NCBI GenBank assembly: GCA_963840455.1
Contig: CAWIYV010000011.1
Location: forward strand, 576,001-640,000
Origin: Nitrospirota bacterium
GTDB taxonomy: Bacteria > Nitrospirota > UBA9217
DNA: 64,000 bases
Reading direction: 5' to 3'
The notes beneath the pieces were generated by a model. It saw nothing but the letters and a program-made list of their open reading frames with translations. It was not told the DNA's origin and did not search any database. Within the stretch, counting starts at the first letter, position 1. Every line of letters begins with the position of its first letter. Below, one piece after another: positions 29,429-39,332 of the stretch. Position numbers and translations under genes: made by a program.

Positions 29429-29506
29429 GGTTCTCCCCTCTTGAACGCGGACATACACCCGGAGGTTACCAGCCGTTCCACCAGCATTGGCAAATGACGG
29501 AGAACC
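29429..29506 (-). promoter_or_regulatory. Candidate structured leader RNA upstream of the fmdE-tauE genes
   Basis: Perfect 8-bp closing stem ggttctcc/ggagaacc enclosing two hairpins. Confidence 0.35.
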
Positions 29507-29555
29507 TTTTTTTTGCCCTGATCTTCATAGTATGTTCAAAATCTCCTGTACGTCT

Positions 29556-30596
29556 CTACCTCTGTATAAGTCCGAACAGATACCCGCCAAAGACCGTGAA
29601 TACAATGATCAGACTTACATACGTAACCGTTCTTTTTGTCCCCATGATCTTGCTGACAACCAGGATGCTCGGAAGCGACAGCACGGGGTCCGCGAGAAGA
29701 TAGGCCATGAGCGGACCTTTGCCCATGCCGAGATCGAGAAATACCCTCGCCATCGGCACCTCTACCAGCGTCGGGAAATAGACCAGCACGCCGAAGAGAA
29801 CGGGTATGAGCAGGGCGGTCAGGGAATTTGACCCCACGTAGGTCGTAACGAACTCCTGGGGCAATAAGACCTTGACCATGCCTGAAACGAAGACGCCGCC
29901 AAGAAGAAGCGGGGCGATCGTTTTCGCAAAACCCCACGTTTCTCTCATCCAGCCTGCAATCTCTTCTTTGATAAAGAGCTTTTTCGCTATCAAGGCGCTC
30001 GCGCCGATCAGAATGAGCACGGTCACATACTTGATCCAGGGAACGCTTACCCGTGTCCCGACCAGCAGTATCCCGAGAAGGACGCTGAACAGATAGACCA
30101 ACCGTTTAATATCGTGGCTTTCCGAGCTTCTGACAAACGTATCGGCTGCTAGCGCTTCTTCCTGTTCGTGAAACATCTTGCTGATGATCATTCCGATCGA
30201 CACGGCGAACAGGATGGATAGGAATATCCGTGCCCCTGCCACGTCCCAGCCGATGAGACTGCCGGTATACAGTATGGCTACGATGTTCGTTGCCGGCGCG
30301 GTATAGAGGAACGCGATGGCCGGACCGATTCCGGCGCCGCCTTTCTTTATTCCGGCAAAGAGCGGAAGGACCGTACAAGAGCAGACGGCCAGCAAGAGAC
30401 CCGAAGCAACCGATAGCGGGTATGCAATATGCTTTGGAGAGTCTTTCCCGAGGTACGGCAGGAGCAGGTCCTTGGGAATCAGCGCCGCCATTGCACCTGC
30501 GATGAAGAACGCCGGGACGAGACAGAACAGTGTATGCGCAAGCACATAATCGTACACAGCCGCGAAGCCTGAGGATACTATCGCATAGATGTCCAT
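29556..30596 (-). CDS. ArsP-family (DUF318) permease
   Basis: LAVCSCTVLPLF, AFLYTAPATN, LLADPVLSLPS. Confidence 0.88.
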   Translation of the reverse strand: MDIYAIVSSGFAAVYDYVLAHTLFCLVPAFFIAGAMAALIPKDLLLPYLGKDSPKHIAYPLSVASGLLLAVCSCTVLPLFAGIKKGGAGIGPAIAFLYTAPATNIVAILYTGSLIGWDVAGARIFLSILFAVSIGMIISKMFHEQEEALAADTFVRSSESHDIKRLVYLFSVLLGILLVGTRVSVPWIKYVTVLILIGASALIAKKLFIKEEIAGWMRETWGFAKTIAPLLLGGVFVSGMVKVLLPQEFVTTYVGSNSLTALLIPVLFGVLVYFPTLVEVPMARVFLDLGMGKGPLMAYLLADPVLSLPSILVVSKIMGTKRTVTYVSLIIVFTVFGGYLFGLIQR

Positions 30597-30597
30597 A

Positions 30598-30831
30598 CTA
30601 CCCCCTCAGCAACAAAGCGATCTCCTCAACGCTGGGGATCTTTCCGCTTGCCACGGTCTTGCCGTCTATAAGCAATGCCGGTGTCATGAATATGCCCCGT
30701 TCGATGATTTTCCCCATATCATAGACATGTTCCACAGTGGCATTTGCGCCGGTCAGAGCAACCGCTTCCTTTGCCCGCTTTTCGAGTTCCGCACACTTGC
30801 CGCATCCCGATCCGCATACTTCGATCTTCAT
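30598..30831 (-). CDS. Small redox-active disulfide protein (Thioredoxin_3 family)
   Basis: GSGCGKC, MTPALLIDG. Confidence 0.9.
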   Translation of the reverse strand: MKIEVCGSGCGKCAELEKRAKEAVALTGANATVEHVYDMGKIIERGIFMTPALLIDGKTVASGKIPSVEEIALLLRG

Positions 30832-30864
30832 GGCGCACCTCCCTATCGTGCTGCCGTTACACTA

Positions 30865-31782
30865 TTAACGCGCGCTCCTGCAGGCCTGTTCTTTCCCGCG
30901 CTTGCAAACCAGCACCGAGCAGTCGGCATGACTAAGGATGTTCCGGGCCACACTCCCGAGCATGCCGCTGACGCCGCGCATCCCCCGACTGCCGAGAGCA
31001 ATAATATCCGCGCGTGTTTCCTGCGCCGCCTGAAGTATCTGTTCCGACGGGTCGCCGTTTTTGATCAGCACAGCTACGTTCCGAAACTTCTCCTGCAACC
31101 GAGTTCGGGCCTGCGCCAGGACTTTTTCCGCATGTTCCGTCTCTGCCAGCCTCATACCAGCCACGATCTTCTTCATCCGGTCGTCCATTCCCGGGCAGAA
31201 CCGGTCGGGAATATCCATATACGCAGAAAGCGAGACGTACACAGCCGTAACGTTCGTGTCAGGTTGAAAGGGGATCAGGGAAAGTGCTTTTTCTGTTTCC
31301 TCAGCGCAGGCCGAGCCGTCTGTAGCAAAGAGCACTTTGAGCGGTCCGCCCTGTTTCCCCTGGGGCGGTTTGACGACCAGAATGGATTGCGCGGACTTGA
31401 TTGCCACGGCCCTCGTCACGCTCCCGAGAAGAAACGAACCGATCGCCTTCATTCCCCGGTTGCCCATAACGATGAGATCTGAATCGGACTGTTTGCCTAC
31501 GGCAACAATGGCATCGGCGGGATGGCCCGTGGTCACTGCGGTGGATACTTTCGCCCGGAGGTCTTTCAACAATCCGGCTGTCTCATCAATGATCATGGGC
31601 GCGAGCTCTTCACCGAGCTGCATCAGATCCCTTATGTAAGACCCGCCGCTGTGAGGAAATGGAACTCCGGGTATGACGTGCAACACGGTAATCTCATCGG
31701 TCTCTGATAAATTGAAACGCGCCAGAAACCGAGCTGCGCCATCAGAATATTTTGAGCCATCTGCGGCAAGCAGTATTTTCAT
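30865..31782 (-). CDS. Tandem-domain universal stress protein
   Basis: Two DGS...G(N/S)RG...LGSV Usp motifs. Confidence 0.92.
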   Translation of the reverse strand: MKILLAADGSKYSDGAARFLARFNLSETDEITVLHVIPGVPFPHSGGSYIRDLMQLGEELAPMIIDETAGLLKDLRAKVSTAVTTGHPADAIVAVGKQSDSDLIVMGNRGMKAIGSFLLGSVTRAVAIKSAQSILVVKPPQGKQGGPLKVLFATDGSACAEETEKALSLIPFQPDTNVTAVYVSLSAYMDIPDRFCPGMDDRMKKIVAGMRLAETEHAEKVLAQARTRLQEKFRNVAVLIKNGDPSEQILQAAQETRADIIALGSRGMRGVSGMLGSVARNILSHADCSVLVCKRGKEQACRSAR

Positions 31783-31845
31783 CGCACGCCTCCTTGTGTT
31801 ACTGCCCCTGTCAGCTCCATGGCCGCTTATCAGCGACCTGACTTC

Positions 31846-32643
31846 TCACGGCTTCTTTGCTTCGATCGTTGCCGAAACAACATAGTCCTCGATATTCCTG
31901 CCAGGTGCCCAGGTCCGGATGAATTCCCTGCTTTCGTCCTTCGGCTTTATACGGATATCACGGAAACCGGAGTTTTGGAGCATAGCCTCAACATCGCTGA
32001 TGAGCGACGCCCCGGCTATGCATCCGGCATGAAGAGCAAGGTCGTTTTTTACTTCTTCCGGAAGCTCAGCTGTGGCTACGACATCGGATACGGCAAGACG
32101 CCCGCCGGATTTGAGTACCCGGAAAGCGTCGTCGAACACCTTATGTTTTTCCGGAGAAAGGTTGATCACGCAATTCGATAAGATCACATCAATGCTCTTG
32201 TCGGCCACCGGAAGGTGTTCAATCTCGCCGAGTCTGAACTCAACATTCTTGTAACCCGCTTTCATGGCGTTCTCTCTGGCTTTCGATACCATTTCGGGAG
32301 TCATGTCCACGCCGATGACCTTGCCTGTTTCGCCGACGGCTCGAGCAGCAAGAAAGCAATCGAATCCGCCACCGCTCCCAAGATCAAGCACTGTCTCCCC
32401 CCTTTGGAGGGAGGCAATTGCCTGCGGATTTCCGCACCCCAAGCCCATATTGGCCCCATCCGGAACTGCAGATACATCTTCATTTGAATAACCAAGCCGA
32501 ACCGAAACCTCACCAGCTGCAGATGTGCTATCTGGGGAACAACACGAGGAAGTGGAGCAGCAACCGGAGTTTCCAGACTGTGCCACTTTGCCATAATTGA
32601 ACCGTACGGCCTGTCGTATTTTGTCTTTTTTTACTGCGTCCAT
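31846..32643 (-). CDS. arsM: Arsenite S-adenosylmethionine methyltransferase
   Basis: N-terminal CC pairs, GLGCGNP, LDLGSGGGFD, SNCVINL, GCIAGA; start moved to MDAVKK. Confidence 0.93.
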   Translation of the reverse strand: MDAVKKDKIRQAVRFNYGKVAQSGNSGCCSTSSCCSPDSTSAAGEVSVRLGYSNEDVSAVPDGANMGLGCGNPQAIASLQRGETVLDLGSGGGFDCFLAARAVGETGKVIGVDMTPEMVSKARENAMKAGYKNVEFRLGEIEHLPVADKSIDVILSNCVINLSPEKHKVFDDAFRVLKSGGRLAVSDVVATAELPEEVKNDLALHAGCIAGASLISDVEAMLQNSGFRDIRIKPKDESREFIRTWAPGRNIEDYVVSATIEAKKP

Positions 32644-32654
32644 TCTCTGCCCTC

Positions 32655-33344
32655 CTACCAGTTTGTCACGCCAAGATACAGCCCCACGACCACGAGCAAT
32701 GTGCCGCTGAACCGCTTCGAATAGAGGGAAAAGTTCTTGATGCCTTTTGAGCTGACGATGTTCTCCGTGAGGCCGATGGAAAGACCGGCAACAAAGATCA
32801 GAGCGCAGTGACCGACAGCGTAGGCGAACAGAAGCGATCCGCCGTACAGGATATCGCCCTGGGTCGAGACATAGGCCAGGATCACCGCCAGCACCGGCGT
32901 AGCACAGGGGGACGAAACAGTGCCGGTCAGAAGGCCGAGAATGAACGCGCCCCAGAGACCCCGGGACTTCACCTGACGCGTTTTCTGAAATGGAAGCGGG
33001 ATTTCGATCAGGCCCATGAGCTGGAGCCCCATGATAACGGCGATCAGGGCGAGGCCGACATAGAGCCACCGCCCGGCAAAGGAAAGGAAGGAGCCCATAG
33101 CAGACGCCGCAGCTCCCAGGACCGTGAAGGTAATGGACAAACCGAGGATGAAGACGAGCGAATAGGAGGCTGCTTTCTTCTTGTTCCCTTCCGAATATCC
33201 GCCCACGTACCCGATGATCAGCGGAATAGCCGCGAGCACGCAGGGACTTGCGGCGGAGATCAAGCCGCCGACAAACACGGCCAGAAACGCCAGGCTGTGA
33301 TTATTCTGGATGATCGTCTGTATATTTTCCAACAAGTACTGCAT
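32655..33344 (-). CDS. ccdA: CcdA / DsbD transmembrane-domain protein
   Basis: SPCVLAAIP and SPCATPVL motifs. Confidence 0.9.
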   Translation of the reverse strand: MQYLLENIQTIIQNNHSLAFLAVFVGGLISAASPCVLAAIPLIIGYVGGYSEGNKKKAASYSLVFILGLSITFTVLGAAASAMGSFLSFAGRWLYVGLALIAVIMGLQLMGLIEIPLPFQKTRQVKSRGLWGAFILGLLTGTVSSPCATPVLAVILAYVSTQGDILYGGSLLFAYAVGHCALIFVAGLSIGLTENIVSSKGIKNFSLYSKRFSGTLLVVVGLYLGVTNW

Positions 33345-33368
33345 CGAAATCTCTCTACGCGGTCCGCG

Positions 33369-33587
33369 CTACCCGTTTTTCAGCCCTGCCTTTGCCTTGT
33401 CCACGACCCGGCGGACATCAACCAGGCATCACCTGCCGAGCGGGTGGTTCGTGCCGCAGTTGCACCCTCCGCCCTTCTTCTCCGCAAGTATTCGCTCCAT
33501 GATCAGGGAGCGGTTCTTATTTTCGAGCACATCCCGCGTTATGTCCTCTTCCGAATACCCAAAGCAGTAGCAAATTTGGTTTTCCAT
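33369..33587 (-). CDS. 72-aa CopZ-N-terminal-like 2Fe-2S/metal-binding protein, probable selenoprotein (codon 53 is UGA)
   Basis: Not in ORF track. MENQICYCFGY...GGCNCGTNHPLGR-U-CLVDVRRVVDKAKAGLKNG; SECIS-like hairpin directly after the UGA. Confidence 0.8.
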
Positions 33588-33592
33588 GGCAA

Positions 33593-33994
33593 TTATATCC
33601 CCGTCTTTTTCAGCATGGCCGCGATTTCCTCATAAGGATAGAATCCAATGTGCCGGTGAAACTCTTTGCCGCTCTTGTCCAGAAAGACCTGCACCGGGAT
33701 CATGTACACACCGTATCTGCGAGCCGTCTGCTGGTCCTTCTTAACATCAATGAAGATTACGTCAAGCTTTCCCTTGTAGGTGTCGGACAGCTTTGCCATC
33801 ACCGGTTTCATCTGTTCACAGGGAATACAGCCCACAGAACCGAGTTCCAGCATCACGATCCTTCCTTCGGCCTTCGCCTTGTTCAGTGAATCATCGAGAC
33901 CGCCTGCATTGCTGCACGACGTGGAAAGCGTCAGGACCAGAACCGCCAGAATCATTATCCTCAACCTTGTCTTGCGTCCTCTTTTAACTTTCAT
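33593..33994 (-). CDS. Exported thioredoxin-family protein
   Basis: Signal peptide / lipobox, GCIPC, IPVQVF...HIGF. Confidence 0.88.
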   Translation of the reverse strand: MKVKRGRKTRLRIMILAVLVLTLSTSCSNAGGLDDSLNKAKAEGRIVMLELGSVGCIPCEQMKPVMAKLSDTYKGKLDVIFIDVKKDQQTARRYGVYMIPVQVFLDKSGKEFHRHIGFYPYEEIAAMLKKTGI

Positions 33995-34009
33995 TTCCGA
34001 TCCATTTCT

Positions 34010-34084
34010 TTATTTCACCCGCTCGACGATGGCTGTCAATCCCCTGCATTTCGGGCACCCGGAACCGAGGATCTCGATCTTCAT
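34010..34084 (-). pseudogene. Truncated small thioredoxin-like gene
   Basis: MKIEILGSGCPKCRGLTAIVERVK* (24 aa), paralog of the 30598 and 35715 genes. Confidence 0.65.
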
Positions 34085-34209
34085 CAAGCCATGGCCTTTC
34101 TGAGCGTTTTTGATATCCCCGCGGTCCTCACCTGGCCGTTCCTGCAGATCGCCGGGCCGCAAAGCCCGGACGAGCAGCACATGGCTGGATCATAAATTTC
34201 GATTTTCAT
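34084..34209 (-). pseudogene. arsD: Internally deleted arsenic metallochaperone
   Basis: MKIEIYDPAMCCSSGLCGP, the ArsD N-terminal Cys motif, in a 41-aa remnant. Confidence 0.75.
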
Positions 34210-34231
34210 AAATGCTTTTTTTCCTTTCATG

Positions 34232-35311
34232 TTAAAGAGATGCTGAACCTTTTACCCGGCAATACTCAACAGAAAAGTATCTTTTCTGAAAATACCGAGC
34301 GACATTGACCAGACCGATCAATACCGGCACCTCCACCAGCGGACCGATGACGGCGGCGAAAGCTGCACCCGAATTGATCCCGAACACGGCAACTGCGACG
34401 GCTATAGCAAGTTCAAAATTATTGCTCGCAGCGGTAAAGGAGAGCGTCGCGGTTTTCGGATAGTCAGCGCCGATCTTCTTCCCGAGATAGAACGACACCA
34501 GGAACATGACCACGAAGTAGATCAAGAGCGGCACAGCAATGCGTAGCACATCAAGGGGTAGTTTGACGATATAGTTGCCCTTGAGCGAGAACATGACGAT
34601 GATGGTGAACAGGAGCGAGATAAGCGTTATCGGGCTGATCTTCGGGATGAAGACGGTCTCATACCATTGGCGGTCTTTCAGCTTGATAAGCGTAAAGCGG
34701 GTCAGTATCCCGGCGATGAACGGAATGCCAAGATAGATGAAGACGCTCTCCGCGATCTGGCCGATCGTTATATTGACCACAACGCCCTTAAGCCCGAACC
34801 AGCCTGGAAGGACAGTGATAAAGATATAAGCATACACGGAAAAGAAAAGGACCTGAAAAATAGAATTGAATGCAACTAGACCGGCTGCATACTCGGTGTC
34901 TCCGCAGGCAAGGTCGTTCCAGACGATCACCATGGCAATGCAGCGGGCAAGGCCAATCATGATTAGGCCGACCATGTATTCGGGATACGACCGGAGGAAG
35001 ATGATAGCAAGAGCGAACATCAGAATCGGACCGATTACCCAGTTCTGCACCAGAGAGAGGCCCAGTATCTTCTTGTTCCGGAAGACCTCACCAAGTTCTT
35101 CATACTTGACCTTAGCCAGCGGCGGGTACATCATGAGGATAAGGCCGATCGCTATAGGGATATTGGTCGTGCCGACCTGAAAGCTGTTGATAAAGGCTTC
35201 CGTGCCCTGGATGAAGTACCCGAGACCCACCCCGAGGGCCATAGCCGCGAAAATCCAGAGTGTAAGAAAGCGGTCTACAAAAGAAAGCTTTTTCTCCGAA
35301 GTTTCACCCAT
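34232..35311 (-). CDS. acr3: Acr3 arsenite efflux transporter
   Basis: [48 protein letters not shown]. Confidence 0.96.
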   Translation of the reverse strand: MGETSEKKLSFVDRFLTLWIFAAMALGVGLGYFIQGTEAFINSFQVGTTNIPIAIGLILMMYPPLAKVKYEELGEVFRNKKILGLSLVQNWVIGPILMFALAIIFLRSYPEYMVGLIMIGLARCIAMVIVWNDLACGDTEYAAGLVAFNSIFQVLFFSVYAYIFITVLPGWFGLKGVVVNITIGQIAESVFIYLGIPFIAGILTRFTLIKLKDRQWYETVFIPKISPITLISLLFTIIVMFSLKGNYIVKLPLDVLRIAVPLLIYFVVMFLVSFYLGKKIGADYPKTATLSFTAASNNFELAIAVAVAVFGINSGAAFAAVIGPLVEVPVLIGLVNVARYFQKRYFSVEYCRVKGSASL

Positions 35312-35330
35312 TGTTTTCTCCCCCTTTTCT

Positions 35331-35705
35331 TCAACCGCAGCAGCGGACCTTGCTCTTCAGCGACACGACCTTTCCGCCTTGTTCTTTCCTGTTAAGAAAA
35401 GAATCAAGACGCTTCCTGTCGCCTGACATCGTACCGCCCTGCATCCGCTCACAAGCGGAGAGGATCAGCATCCTCCGGAACAGGTCTTTTTCGTTCAGGC
35501 TGTAATGGATCCATTTCCCCTGTTTGCGGTCCTTGATGAGCCCCGCTTCCTTGAGCGCACTGAGATGAAAAGACACCTTCGGCTGCACCATGTCCAGCGC
35601 GGCCGTGATGTCGCACACGCACAGTTCGCCCTGCTCCAGCAGCTTTACGACCCGGAGTCTGGTTTCGTCGGAAAGCGCCTTGAATATCGTCACGAGTTCG
35701 TTCAT
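35331..35705 (-). CDS. arsR: ArsR/SmtB transcriptional repressor
   Basis: [22 protein letters not shown]-terminal CC. Confidence 0.93.
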   Translation of the reverse strand: MNELVTIFKALSDETRLRVVKLLEQGELCVCDITAALDMVQPKVSFHLSALKEAGLIKDRKQGKWIHYSLNEKDLFRRMLILSACERMQGGTMSGDRKRLDSFLNRKEQGGKVVSLKSKVRCCG

Positions 35706-35714
35706 GTCCACCCC

Positions 35715-35957
35715 CTACGCTTCACCTTTGATCAGTTCCTTCACCTTCTCCAGGCTTGGGAGCGGCTTTCCCGAATGCTTGATCTTGCCGTTCACGATAA
35801 GCCCCGGTGTGGATAGAATGCCGTGCATAGCGATCTGGCCAATGTCGGTGATCTTCTCTATTTTTGCCTCGATACCAAGTTCTTTCACAGCTGTTTTCGC
35901 CAGTTCCTCCATCTTGAAGCAATTTGAACAGCCTGGACCAAGTACCTTGATTTCCAT
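35715..35957 (-). CDS. Small redox-active disulfide protein (Thioredoxin_3 family)
   Basis: GPGCSNC, STPGLIVNG. Confidence 0.9.
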   Translation of the reverse strand: MEIKVLGPGCSNCFKMEELAKTAVKELGIEAKIEKITDIGQIAMHGILSTPGLIVNGKIKHSGKPLPSLEKVKELIKGEA

Positions 35958-35971
35958 TGTTCTCCCTCCTC

Positions 35972-36323
35972 TTAAACCCTCTTGAACTTTAATTGTAGTG
36001 CTGGTATTCGCGAAACTGTATGCGGAGGCTGCAGCTTGAATTCATGGGCAGCTGCAACGAGTCCGGCCCTGACGATCAAATCAGCGGGAATCGCTTCATG
36101 GGTCTCGTCGGCATATACAACGGTTCTGCATTTCGCTTCGCCGCACGTTTCACAGCATTTGCTCTGACCGGTTTTCGCGCCAAGCCATTCTTCCATGAGC
36201 TTTCCAGCGATCAGGATCTTGTTGGACGGCCTTTTCAACTTCCTGCTCCGTAGTACCGCACCGAGGACAGGTCTGTTTCTGCTCATCAAGCAGCCGTTGC
36301 CATTCAACAACAAGCGTCTTCAT
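35972..36323 (-). pseudogene. DUF2703-like Cys-rich protein with internal deletion/frameshift
   Basis: MKTLVVEWQRL...TCPRCGTT is in one frame; SNKILIAG...CCETCGEAKCRTV...HEAIPADLI is in another. Confidence 0.65.
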
Positions 36324-36336
36324 CCCTGCTTGCCTC

Positions 36337-37293
36337 CTACAGAATTGCGTTAAACAGGTAGCCTACCCCGACGATCGTGACGGTCATGATCCCCACGAAC
36401 ACGGCAAGGAGCTTGATCTTTAACACTTTCCGAAGAATGATCATTTCAGGAAGCGATAGAGCCGTTACAGCCATCATGAACGCAAGCACGGTCCCCATAC
36501 TCATCCCCTTCTCCATAAGAGCATAGACGATGGGAATGACTCCGGCTGCATTGGAGTAGAGCGGGACGCCGATCATGACCGCAAGCGGCACAGCAAAAGG
36601 ATTACCGTTGCCTGCATATTTCACGAGGAAATCATCTGGCGCATACCCATGGATAAACCCACCGATGCCTATCGCGATGATGACATAGAGCCACACCTTT
36701 TGGAGGATCTCGGCGGTGTTCATCCGGGCATAAACAAGGCGGTCCTTAAAAGACTGCTTGACCGAGTTGATGGCCATGCCCATTGACTGTATTTTATAGA
36801 CGTATTCCTCGACCCAACTTTCGAGTTTAAGCCTACCGATAATATACCCTGCTACAATGGCCACCGACAGCCCGGCGCTCATGTAGATCACTGCGACCTT
36901 CCAGCCGAACAGGCCCCAGAGAAGCACAACGGCGACCTCGTTCACCATGGGAGATGAGATCAGGAAGGAGAATGTAACTCCGAGCGGTACTCCGGCCTCG
37001 ACGAAGCCGATAAAGAGTGGCACTGCAGAGCACGAGCAGAACGGAGTAACAATTCCCAGGAGCGCAGCGAGAATATTGCCTATAAATTCTCGTTTATGGG
37101 ACAGGATTCGCTTGGTACGTTCAGGCGAGAAGTAGGACCGGATGACGGATACGGCGAAAATAATGACGGAAAGCAGCAGAAATATCTTTATAGTGTCATA
37201 AATGAAGAATTCCAGGGCTCCCGACAACCGTGCGCCCCGCGACATCCCAAAGAGGTCATACACTAGATAATCAGCCAAGACCTTTAGCATCAC
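36337..37293 (-). CDS. ArsP-family permease
   Basis: TPFCSCSAVPLFIG, FLISSPMVNE, GVPLYSNAAG, LSLPE. Confidence 0.9.
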   Translation of the reverse strand: MMLKVLADYLVYDLFGMSRGARLSGALEFFIYDTIKIFLLLSVIIFAVSVIRSYFSPERTKRILSHKREFIGNILAALLGIVTPFCSCSAVPLFIGFVEAGVPLGVTFSFLISSPMVNEVAVVLLWGLFGWKVAVIYMSAGLSVAIVAGYIIGRLKLESWVEEYVYKIQSMGMAINSVKQSFKDRLVYARMNTAEILQKVWLYVIIAIGIGGFIHGYAPDDFLVKYAGNGNPFAVPLAVMIGVPLYSNAAGVIPIVYALMEKGMSMGTVLAFMMAVTALSLPEMIILRKVLKIKLLAVFVGIMTVTIVGVGYLFNAIL

Positions 37294-37300
37294 TTCACCT

Positions 37301-37322
37301 CATATAAAATATTTTTTATATG
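37301..37322. promoter_or_regulatory. Inverted repeat, likely ArsR operator
   Basis: CATATAAAA-tatt-TTTTATATG immediately upstream of the first ars-cluster gene. Confidence 0.6.
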
Positions 37323-37399
37323 TTAGCGAAGCGGTGCGGTTTTGTCAAGTTCTTATTTGTCGGACCGTCTGAAGTTGGGGTGATAATTGCACTATGAGC

Positions 37400-37815
37400 T
37401 ATTGTGGTCTACGTGCAGACTACAGGAAGATGATCGCGCTGTAATTATCGATTCGCATTCCACACTAAAGCCAAGAGCGATGATGTTGTGGCCATGGCAC
37501 TGGCCCATCTCATCCTTGGGACAAGGACCGCGCGGCGGCCCCTCCCCTCCGGTCCAAAATAGCAGCCTTTCTTCAGCCAGCCGAAGTCGCCACCGGGGGT
37601 CAAGTTGAGGGGAGGGACGCCAATAGGCATCTGTGAATCCGGGGTCAAGACATGGTAGGTTCTCTGGACCGGCTCGTTATGGCAGATCAGGCAGGTCGAG
37701 CGAGTATCAGAATCCTGCAGAAGGTTAGCGGCCTTTGCGCCGTGAATCTGGTGGCGCCCATACAATCGCCCACACCGCCGCTATGGAACGCGAAGCTGGT
37801 GGCGTTGGGGCCGAA
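37400..37815 (-). pseudogene. OmcS/OmcT-like multiheme cytochrome c relic
   Basis: SFAFHSGGVGDCMG / HQIHG, CLICH, YHVLT...PLNLTPGGDFGWLKK, HGHNIIA spread over several frames. Confidence 0.75.
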
Positions 37816-37918
37816 AATTACAGTAGTTGCAACGACGCTGGCTTGTCGAGAATCTCTGGTTCGAGATCGAGTTGAACACCAACACCATCAGGAATTGCCA
37901 GGGTATTTCGCTTTGATC

Positions 37919-38644
37919 TTAGGAAGAGGTTCTGTAAAGTCCTTCCTTCAGAAGGTTAAACTCGTAGAATCCTCTGATGCGACCAAGAATCTCGAGAGTG
38001 TGTTCGGGATAATTGGATATGCGTCTTTTGTCTCTGGCATATGTGTCTCCCATGAAGTACATTCTCAGGGCATACTTGATGTCCTGAGGGGACTTCTTGA
38101 TGTAGCGTTGCAGATAAAAGATGCTGGCTTTGATGTTTGGTTCGATTTCGTAAACGTCTTCAAGTGTTCTCCAGATGCCGGCCTCTATCAGCTCGTTCGT
38201 ATTGACCTTATAGTTGATACCACAGAGTCCGCCGGCAAGGCCATTATCTGCATCGGGCTCAAAGTTGCTTTCCTTCCGCATAATTGCATAAAGCAGGAAG
38301 CGAATCTCCAGGTCTTTGGTTAGGCGGACGATCTGCCTGATATTGACTGGGTCAACCCGAGGATTGTGAAGCCGAGCGTAGGCAAGAAGAATCTTGAATT
38401 CGATATCTTCTTTCCGCATGCTAATCATCTTCTCTGGAGTGTATGCAGCCGGCTGTGTCAGCTTCACACTATCAGGAACTACTGCTTGAGCTGACCTAGA
38501 TGAGGTGATTGCAACCCCGATGAAGATACCAATGGCGATTAGGGTGGTGATGATACCAAGGAAAAATGAGACTTTCTTGATGTGCTTCAGGAGGTTTTCG
38601 GTTTCTATTGTGTAACGTCTGAGGGTAATCATTTTGACTCCCAA
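37919..38644 (-). CDS. Membrane-anchored lytic transglycosylase (SLT domain)
   Basis: TM helix; AIMRKESNF, GLCGIN, NIKASIFYL, ALRMY. Confidence 0.75.
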   Translation of the reverse strand: MGVKMITLRRYTIETENLLKHIKKVSFFLGIITTLIAIGIFIGVAITSSRSAQAVVPDSVKLTQPAAYTPEKMISMRKEDIEFKILLAYARLHNPRVDPVNIRQIVRLTKDLEIRFLLYAIMRKESNFEPDADNGLAGGLCGINYKVNTNELIEAGIWRTLEDVYEIEPNIKASIFYLQRYIKKSPQDIKYALRMYFMGDTYARDKRRISNYPEHTLEILGRIRGFYEFNLLKEGLYRTSS

Positions 38645-39332
38645 TACCTTTTTGTCTACTGACGAAAATAGCCCTAATGTTAAAGTCTGACTCGGCTTTG
38701 TTCTTAGGGCTCGCGGGTATGTGGTGGTACCTTAGTACTAAATATAATTTAGTTAACAAGCTTCTTTTCCTGTTCATCCCAGATGAACACGTAAAGTAGG
38801 CTTGGGTTTTGGTACTCTGTCGGGGTATGGTCTCCTTGTCCAATCTCAACCAGCGCGACTTCTTCGCTGAGGCTCGGGTCATCCATAGGGTGTTGATCTT
38901 GGTCACCCCGATAAACCAAATTAATTGTTTTTACAGTACTCCAAAAGTAGTAAAACTTAAGTTAGATAATTGCAATTTTATCGCCAGTGTTGTAATTATC
39001 ATCATTTCAACTATTTAGTACAATGTGCTGGTTAGAGGGGGATAGAAGGGATGGGTTAATTGCCGACACGGAGGGGTGGAATTACCATATTGACGTTATC
39101 TCGAAAGAGAATTTTCAGTTTCCAGGAGGTTAAATTTCAACGAGTACAGTAAAAATAGTTTTGTTTGATGCTATATTAAAAAGTGGAAATATCTGGGTAA
39201 CAAACCTGCCATTATTAATTCACACTAAATCTGCCTAAGACGCTATCATGCTTGTTTTAGGCAACCCCGAAGGCAGTCCAAGCAAAAAGTCCAATTCCCA
39301 ACCTGGTACAATAATCGGGGGGCGGGTCAACA

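Noticed and set aside
31846-33069. 407-aa extended ArsM from the ORF track
   Set aside because: The extension overlaps ccdA in another frame; an RBS and ATG at 32643 give a normal-length ArsM
38496-39018. ORFs 38496-38906 and 38809-39018
   Set aside because: No recognisable motif; they overlap each other, one overlaps the SLT gene, and the context is AT-rich intergenic-like
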